Assembly (NCBI GenBank): GCA_002269645.1
Contig: NIVC01004328.1
Coordinates: 1-50,409 of the forward strand
Source of the DNA: Macrostomum lignano
Lineage: Eukaryota
Direction: 5' to 3'
Length of the DNA: 50,409 bases
Shown: positions 11,502 to 23,818 of the stretch, in pieces
How the letters are laid out: each line of letters opens with the position of its first letter
Position numbering within the stretch: position 1 is the stretch's first letter
Made by a program: the position numbers and the translations under genes
The notes under the pieces: generated by a model
The model's database searches: none
Seen by the model: the letters and a program-made list of their open reading frames with translations, nothing else
Told to the model about the DNA's origin: nothing

Positions 11502-12149
11502 GATGCAGCGGTGCACACAATCCTAACAATCAACGGCTTAAAAGACACCTAGCCAAGAGCGGCCTTCCTAAAACACCTGTGTAACAGGTAGGATTTTGCG
11601 TCCTATGCACCTTCTGCTCACATCGGATAGCAAAGAATTGAATTCAAATTAGCACGGTATTTCTGGGCCCAGGCTGCTGTGGTTCTACAGCCCAGCCGAG
11701 GCAAGGGCCATGCCTTTGGGCCCGCAGAGGCGGTCGAGAGAAAAGTGAAGCGAGCGCCTCCGCTGCCTGTCCTTTTACGAGCGTAATTAAAACACTGAAG
11801 AGCATACGCGTGAGAACGAGAACTCTTAGAGGCTACATAGAACAAATATGAGCGGCCACCCTTCGCAATATGACGGCATTCTATGCAGTTCATAACCTGG
11901 TCAGTTTAGGGGCAACAATGTGCACTTCTCCAGTACTCCCAGAAGATCCGTGAACACCTTGACACCTTGCTGCACATGTACGGAGATGGGATTTAAATAC
12001 AAGTCGTCTGCTAGGGTGATACATATACTTCAGGTAGCAACTTGTGGGTGTGGTGTTATGGCAATGAAGTTATGTACAATGATAAGCAGCAATTACGAGA
12101 TGTAGAAATGGGTTGGGTAAGTTGGGTTCATATTCAAGTTTGCAAAGGT

Positions 12150-12960
12150 CAGCAGTCGGAAGTAGAAAAAGGGTTCTTCTTTGCTGGTCGTCTATTGTGT
12201 TGGGGGTGCAGGCTGCTGCTGGTGTGGTTCTGGTTTCCCTCGTGGTTTTCGGTGGCCACAGTGTCCTGATGAGACTCCTGGGTGTCTCCGTCGCTGGGTG
12301 GCGATGTGGCGGGTCCTATTTGTGATCTGGCTGCGGACTGCTGAGGGGCAGGGTTTCAGACAGTCGATGGAAATTGCTTCCTGACTTGGTCGCGTCTCGA
12401 CAATGAAGAACTTGGGCGTGCGTCAGTTGACTGGGTGGTCCTGTGTATGGCGCTTCCAGTGGCCTTCTAACCCTGTTCACTCGGATTCAGACTTTGTCGG
12501 TTGTTCACAGGTCTTTAGGAGCGTGGTTTTGACAGCGGATTGCCCTGGGCGGGTGTTGGAGCAGTTGCTCAACATTCAATGGAATCGTTGCAGGGTCCGA
12601 AGCGCTGACCAAGGAGCATGGGGTTCTCGCCAGTAAGTCTGGTGAAAGGGCTGACACCTGCATCGTCCGGTGCGATGTGCATCGCAAGTAACGCTAGGGG
12701 CAGATTGTCGAGTCATGAAACACCTCGCGCCTTGAGAATCGTCTTGGGAGTGCGACGGGCTCTCCCCACTTTCTCGCTGCACTGTGGATGGTAAGCCGTG
12801 GTGCGAAGTCTGTGGAGCCCAACAGTGGATGAGAGGACGTCGGAAGCTCCTCTTCAAACTGTGACTGTGGTTCGCGATCTGTGATGACGTAGAGCGGTAC
12901 TCCAAAACGCGGAATCCATGTTGCGATGAAAGGAGCCACTTTCTAGTACAATGCTCGAAG
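12150..12960 (-). mobile_element. Decayed Ty3/Gypsy integrase fragment
   Basis: FIATWIPRFGVPLYVITDR..QF (12939-12870) and C-terminal ISIDCLKP (about 12375-12350), matching the usual WISRFGVP..TDRG.QF and VSIDRLKP motifs; heavily disrupted. Confidence 0.75.
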
Positions 12961-14063
12961 ACCTCAAGTCATCGCAGGGAGTTTGACAAGGACTTGCAGG
13001 AATTAGCTTGTACAGAAGGCCTGGTCGGACTTGACTTGCATTGTAGCCTCTTCAATGGTCCGTGCGATCACAGAGTCACTCTGTACATTGCAATATTCAT
13101 TCTGCTGAAACAGGAACGAGTATGCGTACGTTTATATCCAACGACCCATACCCCTTAATGCCGGTTCACATTCACTGCTAGTACCATTACGGGTCAATTA
13201 CTGTTCAAATTAGCTTTAAAATGGGTCTGAACTCTGAACTAACTGTGCATTGAGTTGAGCAGCTCCCGTTTCTTCCCTTATCTCCATCTCTATCTTCATC
13301 TTCATCTCCATACCTATCTCCTTCTCCATCTCCATCTCTGTCTTTACAAGCAGCGTTAGACATGCTATGAATAAAATTGAGACAGCAATATGCTTTACAT
13401 GCTACTACGAGTAAACAGAAAAACTTAATAACTGATTTTTTACCTTTGAAGTTTAAATTTTTTACCTTTGAAGTTTAAATTTTCTCAAAATGTTTCCGTA
13501 CAGCCAATGGACTCTTGAGAATTTTTCTGAGGAGCAATGTTACTCGACCGAAACAGTTACGATGGGTTTTGTTCCTTCACAGTCATAACAGTCATAAATT
13601 TCCTTTTTTCAGCAACTCAGTCTTTTCTTCTGCTGAAATAATACAGTCAATACTGCAGTGCAACTTAAGCTAAACTAAATATATAAGCCTGCTGTGAGCC
13701 GTCGATTTTCCCTGGGGTAATTCACGCAAATTCACCTCAAAATGCAGTCGCACACGTTTCTTCATTGTCAAACATTTGGTCAGGAAAGCTTTTATCGAAC
13801 GGCGAAGTCTAATTCGAACTTTGAGGATTCAAATCTGCAGTAGACAACCAGAATTTTACGCCTGGGACTCAGGTTGGCTCAAGATGCAGGGCTGAGACAG
13901 TGCGGCTCATAATTCCCAGTCTGCATTCCTATTGCAGGTTCATTTGCAGCTCAGTTTAAATGACCACTCGCTTACTAAGACTGCTTCGAGGGGGGGGGGG
14001 ACACGCTACGAGATAAATTTTAGTCAGATAAGGTTGATGCTAACAATTAAATTTGTATAAGGG

Positions 14064-14895
14064 TGTGCTCAGAAGGTGCTGTCAAGCACTTGCCTTCACT
14101 GCAAAAAACTTGGCACTGACAGAAAAAGCACCCCACTGTGAGGGAGCAAACTTGTCAACAATGAATCAATAAAAACATCGAAGTCATTGAAATTATTGCT
14201 TCTACTTGTCAGCAGGGATTTCACTTTAATCTTCAGATCCTTGTGACATGCTTTGGTATATTTATCGACCATTAGACGATTGAATTCTGAAAAAACTGTT
14301 CAATGAATGTCGCTTAGAAAAGTCTGCTAGTCAACTATCTGACAGACTTCCATTGAAGCTTCCGGATCAGCCAGGATAGAAGAAGCCATATGCTTCGATC
14401 TCGCAAATGGCAAACGCCTCGGCCTGCCGATTCAGAACTCGAACTCGACTGCCGAGCTGCCAGCAGCTGAGGTTCTTCACCAAGAATGGAGTCACAATGT
14501 TCACCTCGTGGCACACAACTCCGTCAACCAGCAGCTGGAAGTCGTTCAAACGTTGAGGGCAGCAGTCCTGCCTGTTGTATGGTGACGGATGCGACCATGG
14601 ACTGCTGTGACAGCCGGCCCTCCCACCACTCAGATGGCTCGTTAAATGTGTGGCTGCAAGATCCGTCAAGATATTCTTGACGCTTGTCTCTGCTCTGAAA
14701 CCCTGCTTTGAGTGCAGTCTGTGAACAGAATCTTTCTAATGCTTGCATTTGAAATTATAGGTGTTTTTTATTGTACTTGGTAAACGGCATAAAAATCAGA
14801 GTGACCTCGCACCTTCCACTTACCTTGGACCACGCGAGCATAAATGTCACAATGCCCGGTCCAGGAGTCCCAGTTGAAGAAGGCGGACACCGTGA
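14064..14895 (-). pseudogene. Duplicated, disabled copy of the PAN/F-type lectin gene
   Basis: Collinear with about 3590-4740, including the 3' UTR. Has a 2-nt deletion at 14579 (TTGTATGG vs TTGTAGATGG), the acceptor CAG changed to CAA near 14748, and exon 1 truncated near 14895 (FTVSAFFNWDSW..CDIYA remains). Confidence 0.85.
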
Positions 14896-15236
14896 AGAAC
14901 CGTGAAGGGTTGTCGTCGGGTGGTGCCGGAGAGAATATACGAGTATTTCAAGCCACATCATTTTGCACCCGTTCGAATTGCGAATTTCAAAAGAAAATAA
15001 CTTTAACGTGCAAAAGTAAAATATGCCGAATCGCGCTTTTTATCTCTAAATAATGTTGATATTTTTATGTATGCAGCCCTACCTGAACTGAATTACTGCA
15101 ACCACTATACCATGCAATGCAAGTAGCCTGAACCATTAGTCCTAAAGCCTTGTAAAGTACAAAAGTGCAGATTCCTACCATTAATCACCAAAAGAGATTC
15201 CTCTGTTCAGGTTTAACGGCGCGGACTCGTTACACA

Positions 15237-16073
15237 GGTCCTGCCATTTCGGCGACAGACGTTTAAGCGAAAATAATACATGTATCGCCTAAAACCTTTG
15301 AGTACCTAATTTTTAACTTTAATATTTCCGGTTATATTCAGGTCAAATAGAAAATACGTCGTACTTTATACAATAAAGACGCTGCATGGTAGAACAACAT
15401 TTTGTTATTTTTTATTTGAGGGCGCTTTCATAAGGCCCAATTAATTTCACATTGCCGAAAGCATCTTCCTTCACAAGGCCGAAATTTCACATTGCCGAAA
15501 AATCATTTTAGCAGCTAGTGTCTTTCACTAGGCCGAAACTAATTCACTAGGCCGAAACTATAATTCACTAGGCCGAAACTAATTCACTAGGCCGAAACTA
15601 ATTCACTAGGCCGAAACTAATTCACTAGGCCGAAACTAATTCACTAGGCCGAAACTTCACATAGCCAAAGTAGCTAAGCACGCTCTTTCATAAGTTTCGG
15701 TCTAGTAAAAGACACTACATGTACGATAGCTAAAATGATTTTTCGGCAATGTGAAATTTCGGCCTATTGCTAGTGAAACTGGCCCTTGATTAGTAAACAG
15801 TGAATTCTGTTTAAGCATTCTGTTAGCACGTTTTGATTGTGCTACCATGCCTTGTCTCTTGTCCGCTGTACATCCTTGTCTCCTCCGCCCGGCCTATACC
15901 ATTATTGCACTTTATTGTTCTGCTAAAATCTCTTTAACTCACTTTTACTTTTCTATCCAAAACTGTACCACCCCATTCCTGTTCATGTTGAATTCACTGC
16001 TTTAAAACACCTTACTTATACTGCGACAAGAAAAGCTTTTCGCCAAAACGTCCTTCGCCGAATGACTGGTACC
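15237..16073. mobile_element. Putative MITE with degenerate Mutator-like TIRs
   Basis: GGTCCTGCCATTTCGGCGACAGACGTTTAAGCGAAAA (15237-15273) is an imperfect inverted match to TTTTCGCCAAAACGTCCTTCGCCGAATGACTGGTACC (16037-16073). No TSD recognised. Confidence 0.45.
15419..15786. mobile_element. Nested MITE with long inverted repeats and an internal 19-bp tandem array
   Basis: Perfect 37-bp inverted repeat 15476-15512 / 15729-15765; about 7 copies of AATTCACTAGGCCGAAACT at 15524-15657. Confidence 0.7.
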
Positions 16074-18049
16074 CCTGCCCCAAGGGTGCACGGCCAGCCC
16101 AAGGGAGCATAAGAAACGGTTTTTATCGCAATAAACAGATAGACCAATAAAAAGAATATCAGTTTAATTGTACCTAAAAGGTAAGCAAATTTAGAAATAT
16201 AAAACTAACTAATTACTAGGCTATATAGAGTTTTGTTATAAATGTTGAAATAATTAAAAATAAAATTATTAGACTTTTGTGTGGCAGTCGGGTTGCCACT
16301 TTGGTATAGGAGTTCGTATAATATTTTTTTGTAATTTACTAAGTTTTGGAAAATTAACTATGTGCCCCAACCCCCGGAATTTTTCGCGTAATTTTGTCAA
16401 TGGTTGTATTTCGTCATTTTGTTCATAGGTTGTTCTCTCGTCCCAAGTTTTGTTCCTCCCATGCGTCCCACTTTTGAAGCGATGTTTCCCCACTCTTGTC
16501 TTGTTATTTTTTCTGGTTCATTTCTGCGTTGTCCGCCTCTGCCCAACCTTGTGCCCACTCCTTTGCCCAACCCGCTGCCCAGCTGCCCGTCCAAGTTTCG
16601 CCCCTGTTGTTGATTTTTTTTGCTATCTATTTATTTTGCCTGTTTTCAAGCGCACTCTCGCTCACTCTCGCGCACGCTCGCTCACTCTCTCTCTCGCTCC
16701 CACTCTCTTTCTCTTTTTGCCCAACCGACCCCTAAGTAATTATATTTTAATTAAGCCTCAAAAAAGTAACCGTACTAGGCGTACAAGCCGCATTTAAATC
16801 TCTTAGTGCACCGCGGCTCTGCTCGAGGAAATTATTTCAGTCGTACTTAAATTAACTTTTACCTGCCTGCTAAACAATAATCTTTTTATATTCAGTTAAA
16901 TAATAATAATAAAATTTAATTATCGATAACACCATTTCATAACTACTTCGTTAAGCCCATAGCCTATCTTGAGTTATTTGCCCGTGGGGCGTAAAATAAC
17001 CGAAATCTCATCTCAAAGAAAGCTCTGAGACCATTAGACGTTCCGTAATACGAGAATTACGGTGGTGGCAGCTCTACCCTACTAAAAGTAATCTGTGCGA
17101 CAAATCGACCAACCAGCCTACGTGACAAAATCTTCGACGTCTACCATTTGAACGACCGCGCCGCTAACGACCGCTCCGCTACGATTGCAACTACCCTCCC
17201 CCCGGAATTTGAGGACCCCGGCTGTCGGAGTAAAAGGAGAAGAAATTCGTTGGGATTCACCTGCGCGATTTTTTCCGGCTTTATTCGTGCGAACTAAACG
17301 CCAGCGGCTATTCAAACGAGGAACCCGCCCCACCTCAGTTTGGTGTCAGCAAATTTTCAAAAGCAACAGTTCCAAGAAAATTTTTCTCCACCCCCACCTC
17401 ACTTGCTTGTTCTGATCGAGCTCGCGATGTTCAGGATGTTATTAAGCTCTAGGCTTGAAAAGTCTTTCAAAGTTTTGCATGCTTTTGCAAAGCTTTGCAT
17501 GACATTTTGGAATTTAAAATTTCGATCTTGCCTTGATAACTTTTGGACTTTAGAAGGTCTAGGCTAGGCTAGGCCTAATTAGATTTTTAGCGATATCTAA
17601 ATATAGCCTATAATGCTAATGCAATTGACTAATAGCTACTCAACTTTTATAAATCATTGGTATTAGGCCTAATAGCAATTAGCATCAAGTCTAATACTTA
17701 GGCATCAATATAGCCTAGGCTAGGACCTATTCCCTAATATCTTTTAGTTTTAAATAAATCTATACAATTCAATGTATTCAATGTATAAGGAAAAATTTTT
17801 TTGGCTTTGGCCTAAGCCTAGGCTAGGCCTAAGTATTGTTCATAATAAAAAGTAATTTTTATTCAAAAAACTTTATAAACCATTATCATTATAGGAGGTT
17901 ATTCAGTTATTGGGGTGTCAGTATAAGTGGCTAAATATGTTTGCTTGTGCCTCCTTTTAATTTCAATTAGCCTTTTAACTAAATGGCTCTCAAAAGCTTT
18001 GACCAGAAGTTTGCTCAATTGTTAGGTTGCCAGTTTGCTTTAACTTAAG

Positions 18050-18490
18050 GTGTATTGGTGTAAGACCAAGATGGCCATATACCAAGATGGCCACAACATT
18101 GAATCTCTTTCACGTCTTTGGCTCTGTTCCTCTTTTTATCATTAATTAGCAACATAGTAGCTATTATTATATTAATTATTATGTTTAATCAATCATATTC
18201 ATAAATACTAATGCAATAATAGATTTGATTAGATAATAAAAAAACTTTAATATTTGCAACAAGGCAAAGTATTTATTTTGTTACCAAAAGAATGATTATA
18301 ATATAGGGGCCTAGGCCCTAATATAATACAATTCCATTATAGGCCTAGCATCTTTTAGCATCTATTTTTCTAATTATTACTAATAGGAAATAAGTGAAAT
18401 ATATAGACCTAGGCTTAATATTATCTATTTAGACACTTAGAGCTGTGGCTATCTTAGTATGTGGCCATCTTGGTCATGCGCCATTTGCTC
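18050..18490. mobile_element. MITE with doubled CCAAGATGGCCA terminal inverted repeats
   Basis: GACCAAGATGGCCA (18064-18077) is a perfect inverse of 18462-18475, and a second subunit also matches. AT-rich interior. Confidence 0.65.
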
Positions 18491-19292
18491 AATCACAAGT
18501 TGGAAAATTTATAATTTTATACACTTATATTTATATAACAAAATCTGTCTCAGTCAGCAATATTTCAAATCATTAGCAATAGACGCAAAAGAGTTCGAGT
18601 GCAACCCAATAGCAAGAAAGTCTAGGAATTATTTTTGTTATGAAAGTTTGGATGCCTGCATGCCAATTTCATATGAACAACAAGATTGGACCCAGTCATT
18701 GTGCATTATTTGGCAGCTCCACCAGTGTTGCAGCAGTATCAATGTTGCAGATCTTGGGTGCTGATCTCAGCAATTTTTGTGAAGATCAGGCATTTTTAGT
18801 GCAAGCCTATTCCAGCCAGCTGAACTTTTTAACTTTCACTTGTGCAAACAATTAAGTGTGAGAAGCACAATGAACTCCTGCTGAACTGGTCTTGCTGTCC
18901 TGGGCTGATCGGCTGCTTGTAGTGTGCATACTGCTGAGATTGTTGATGCTGCTGATTGGGTCCTCTTGGTGCCATCCAGCCTCAGCCAAATGACTCGACT
19001 AGATGACACAATCAGGTGACATGTCTAGGTGCCCTAGTCTATCCCTGTTCCTAAACTTATGAACATTTTTCTTATGGCTCATAATCATATTAGGCCTATA
19101 TATAAGATTTTAACTTAGGCCAAATAATCCAAGGTTTTTGATATTTTAGTATTTAAAGTTTTTCTAATAGGCAAAATAAAATTGATTGAGTTGTTAAAGC
19201 TCTCAAATTGTCAGACTCAAAGCAAGAAGTTTTCAAAGTCTATTGAAAAATACTAGGCAGGCCTGAGATATATAAAAGCTCAATAGAAGTAT

Positions 19293-19448
19293 TAATAAAA
19301 AGCTTTAGCTTTATATATATAATAGCAAGTATATATAGCAAGTATATATATATAGCAAGTATGTTTAGTCATATAATTATATAATTATAATATATATACT
19401 TGCTATATATACTTGCTATTATATATATAAAGCTAAAGCATTTTATTA
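19293..19448. repeat. AT-rich long palindrome (58-bp arms, 40-bp spacer)
   Basis: 19293-19350 is the reverse complement of 19391-19448 with one mismatch. Confidence 0.9.
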
Positions 19449-20049
19449 TATATATATATATATTTTAATTGTTGAAATAGAGAAAATTGTTGAAATATCA
19501 AAGCTTATAAAAAATAGCAAAATACCATGGCTTGTAGGATTCACTTAAATGCTTTAGGCCTAAGCCAAAGTTCATTAGTCATAAGGGATCTGATACCTTA
19601 GGCTAAATAACTAGCTTTTAAAATAGATACTATTTGCTTTAAATATCTTTTTTAATTAATTAATAATAGACTTAGTGATTATTATTTTTTGTCTTTTAAT
19701 AGAGACATAGATTGCTAGCAGTCTTCAGAGTCATGCGCAAATTTGATTGTCACAAGCACAAATGTGTGAATTCTAAAGATATGGCGCGAATTTCCTTGTC
19801 CATCAGAGGTACAAATTTGGAAGTATAATTTCCTCTTTTGTCTATATATACTATGTTTTACTACTTGGTTCTACCTGACTATATAAGTTCTGTGTTGCAT
19901 TCTCTAACACAGTAGATCCTAAATCTTTGTATTAATGGTATTTCTTAGTTTCTTAGTCATGATCTGCAAGCAAATTGCAACCAAATTTGTGTTGATGTTT
20001 GCAAATTCAATTATTTTGTTTAAGTACATATATTGGATATACACCTAGG

Positions 20050-20216
20050 CAGTAGCAAATGCAGGGGAGGGGGCTTTGCTAGCTGGAGCCCCCCATTCAC
20101 CCCAGAAAAGCCATTTTTGTGGGCACACAAACCCCTAAAAAGGTCATTAAAAATGTCTATCTAAAAAGTCATTTGGCGTGCAGACTTGTCAAGTTAAGCT
20201 CCTGGTTCCACCACTG
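20050..20216. mobile_element. Degenerate short hAT-type MITE
   Basis: CAGTAGCAAATGCAGG ... CCTGGTTCCACCACTG ends; flanks CACCTAGG / CACCTACA are a 6/8 match to an 8-bp TSD. Confidence 0.5.
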
Positions 20217-21074
20217 CACCTACATTAGGTTTTATAGTAGAGAACTCATAGGCAAGAAAATTTACACAAGGTTTGAAAAATTGCATACCCCCGGCACCGA
20301 ATACTGATTGCTAGTCTTATTACATATAAATATTTTTTTATATAAAGTATCACCTTATCTCAAAACAAAAGACAGAGCAGAGGTTAATAATTGTTAGTTA
20401 AAATAGAACTAGCAAGCAGCTCCCTCTATTGGGGAGGCAACAGAATAGAATTTTTTTTTAATAAACTATATATGGCTTCTAACCTTTTAGCTTTGACATC
20501 TTAGCAATTTTTCCATATGCCTACAAAAGAACAAAGAGGATATAAGATAGTAAGAGCCTTTAAAAGAACAAAAATACTTTTTAGTCTAGCTTTTAGTTTT
20601 AATTTGCTATTGATAAATTTGACATAAGGATATCTTAGTTGCTTGCTGCATAGACGGATTAAAGCTATTATAAAGATAACATAAAGAGTGCCATTTAGGG
20701 GCTATTAGAGCACCATTTGGGTGCCATATAGATACCATTATAACATCATTTGGATGCCACAAGCTATTGAAACCTGCAGATATTGAACCCACTGAATTCT
20801 AATCCCTGGAACTAATTTTGCATCTATTCTTAAACTGAAGTCATACTCAAAAAAACTTGTTAATACTTGGGATAGAGCTAAACAAAAATTGGAATGAATT
20901 TGTGTTACAAATTTGCTGTGACACATTGACAATATAGTGTCACTTTTTCAAAGCAGTTTGAAGACCACTTGTCTCAAGATTAAGATTTGAGGCAAGCATT
21001 GATTTTGTCAGCTGGGGTTTAGGCAATGTCTGTCTTAAGCATGCATTGCCTAACTCTGGCCTCTGTCTCTCACT

Positions 21075-21320
21075 ATCCCTTGGGTCCTTTGAAACTTCTC
21101 TCCTCTCCTCTCTTCTCTTCTTTTTTTCTTTTCTCATCTCATCTCATCTTATCTTCTCTCCTCTCTTCTACTCGTAATTTCTCTCTCCTCCCTCCTCCTC
21201 CCCTAATCTCTGCTCTTTTATCTTTTCTCCCTCTATTCTCTATCTTCCATCCTCTCCTCTCTCCTGATCTCCTCTCCTCTCTTCTCTTTTCTCTATCCTC
21301 TATTTTCTCCTCTATTTTCA
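21075..21320. repeat. CT-rich low-complexity tract, possibly the interior of the GA-rich hAT MITE family in reverse orientation
   Basis: Polypyrimidine tract preceded by GGTCCTTTGAAACT, the reverse of AGTTTCAAAGGACC at about 31424. Confidence 0.5.
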
Positions 21321-22375
21321 CCACACTTTACAAGACCCAAACTTCACATAAAAGAAAGCTTAATGCAACAAGGACCATGTAGAATTTTCGGCGTTGTGAA
21401 ATTTCGGTCTTGTGAAGCGCCTTGCATATTGAGTTTTCGTCGCTGACAAAAACGAACTAGTTAACTTTAAAAGTGCACAGAGCCGTTCAAGATTAACTTT
21501 GAGACCCTAAATTTCACACGATTGCACCTAAATAGTTGAAGATTGTTTGTGTCGAATTTGAGTACGATTGGTAAAGTGAAGCGGCGCTACCGATCTATGG
21601 AGTAATTAGTGAAACAAGCACGCTTTTTAACAGCTTAAATTGCTTTTTTAGGTACGAAGACTTCAATTTAGGAAATTTAAAGATAGCCAAAGACATTCTC
21701 CGTAGTGAATTTAGGCTGGGTGCAAAATTTGGTGTCATATTGAGCGGTTTGGGAGTCCATAGCGAATAAATTTTAACACAGACACACAGAGCTACTTAAA
21801 TGCCTTTTCTTTGCTGGGCTCCAAGTATTCGTTTGTTTTTCCGTTTTCAGATATAGTCAAGGGGTTTACTGAAATTTTAATTAAAGTGCATTCTTAACAG
21901 ATTAGTACAGATATGAGTGTCATATTTTTGCATGTTCCATTTTCGTGATAATAATTTTCACCTTTGAGCTTTCAGATTGGAGCTTGGGGAGGGGGGGTAG
22001 GGTGGCGTACGCAGTGACAGTATCTCCTTCCACTGCTAGTTGGTGCGCACGAGTACCAGAGCGAGAAATTTCTTCTCCGCGCTAATAGCCTGCCCCTGTG
22101 TCCTCACCCACTCACTGCCAGAATCGCACTTGATCTCGTCCGACCCTTAGCTGAGCTTTGAACTCTGAAGTTCGTTTAGCTGAGTAGCTAAGGCCGGGGC
22201 TTCTCTCGCTACCTGTTTCTGAGCACTCGCTTAAGCTTAACTAACTAGCGGTTACCGTGGCGGCCTCAAGCACATTTTAGATTCTATTAATATACGTGTC
22301 CATAGATATAGATTTAGATATATAATATACGGTTATTTCAACAATCAATTACTGCAGGCAAACTGAAGCCCCCGT

Positions 22376-23068
22376 ATGACCAGTCGAAACGGTAGCAGCG
22401 GCGGCTCATGTTGGGGCCTGGCCGCTTTGGCGCGCCGGTTGCACAGTCCGGATCTCGTAGCCAGCTTTCAAGCCGCCTGCGGAGTGGAATTTCTCCATAG
22501 CAACGGCCCTAGCAACGATGGCACAGATAGCGGCGTTAGCTCCACGCCGCCGCAACAAGAGGTGGACGCCTCAGCTCCGGGTGCCGACGAGATTTCTTTG
22601 AGTTCGTCGGATCGGGACAGCGAGGACTCGGGCTTCGCGGCTGTGCCAAACAATCACCAGGATGTGGCCAGCGCTGCGGCGGAGAAACTGCGGGCGGAAT
22701 CGGAGTCCCGCCTGATCGACAGTACAATGCAGAATCACGTGCAATTCAGGATTAGAAGCCGCCTGCTGTACAGTCTGTTTGTGTTCGGGGCCGCTCTTGG
22801 CAATGAGGAATTCTACCTCACATTCTTCCCCTACTGGTTCTGGAATGTCGACGGCTATGCTGGCAGGCGGGTTCTCATTGTGTGGGCAGCGTCTATGTAT
22901 GTCGGCCAGGCGCTCAAGGAGATCATGCAGATTCCCCGGCCAGCCAGCCCGCCAGTGGCCAAGCAGGAGAAGCGCTACGAGTTGGAGTACGGGTTCCCGT
23001 CTACTCACGCCACCATCGGTGTGGCCATACCGTTTGCGCTGTTCTTCCTCACTCAGGAGCGGTATCTG
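22376..23068 (+). CDS. SGPP1: Sphingosine-1-phosphate phosphatase (PAP2 family), exon 1
   Basis: LGNEEFYLTFFPYWFWNVD, PAP2 motif 1 KEIMQIPRP and motif 2 EYGFPSTH; donor CTG|GTGAGC at 23069, phase 0, 231 codons. Confidence 0.93.
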
Positions 23069-23104
23069 GTGAGCGGCTCTGGCCTCTGAGCTTGCGGGGG
23101 CTGC

Positions 23105-23350
23105 AGACAGAAGGGCTTACGGACAGGCGGACAGGTTGACGGACAGATACTAAGACACTAAGACAGACAGACAGACACTAAGACACTAAGACAGACAGAC
23201 AGAGAGACAGGCAAACAGACAGACAGACAGACAGAAGGACAAACAGACAGACAGACAGAGAGAGAGACAGGGAAACAGACAGACAGACAGACAGAGAGAG
23301 AGACAGGGAAACAGACAGACAGACAGACAGACAGACAGAGAGACAGGCAA

Positions 23351-23383
<33 letters not shown>

Positions 23384-23454
23384 AACAGACAGACAGACCG
23401 ACAAACAGACAGACAGAAAGACAGACAGAAAGACAGACGGACACACAGAGAGAC

Positions 23455-23489
<35 letters not shown>

Positions 23490-23700
23490 CCAAGACACTT
23501 AGACAGACAGACAAACACCAAGACACTTAGACAGACAGACACTAATACAGACTGGCTTTCTAACAAGAAGACAGCCAAACAAATAAACAAACAGACAAAC
23601 AGACTCACAGATAGGCTGACAGACAGACAGACAAACAAAGAAACACGGACAGAAAGACACTAAAACAAAACACAAAGCAGAGAAGCAGAAAGAAAAGCAG
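23105..23700. repeat. (ACAG)n-type microsatellite in SGPP intron 1
   Basis: Imperfect ACAG/AGAC repeats; source of the SVCL-repeat ORFs. Confidence 0.95.
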
Positions 23701-23818
23701 ACACAAAGTAAGCTACCCTGTCATGCACAGACACTCAGCATCGCTAAACTGCAGCCATGCACCATATATAGCTATTCTATAAGTTCCCCTCACCCCACAA
23801 CCCTTTCCATTCGCCCAG

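Noticed and set aside
15419-21422. One 6-kb DNA transposon bounded by matching ends at 15419 and 21422
   Set aside because: The left end already pairs with 15729-15786 and sits inside another TIR pair; there is no TSD and no transposase between them.
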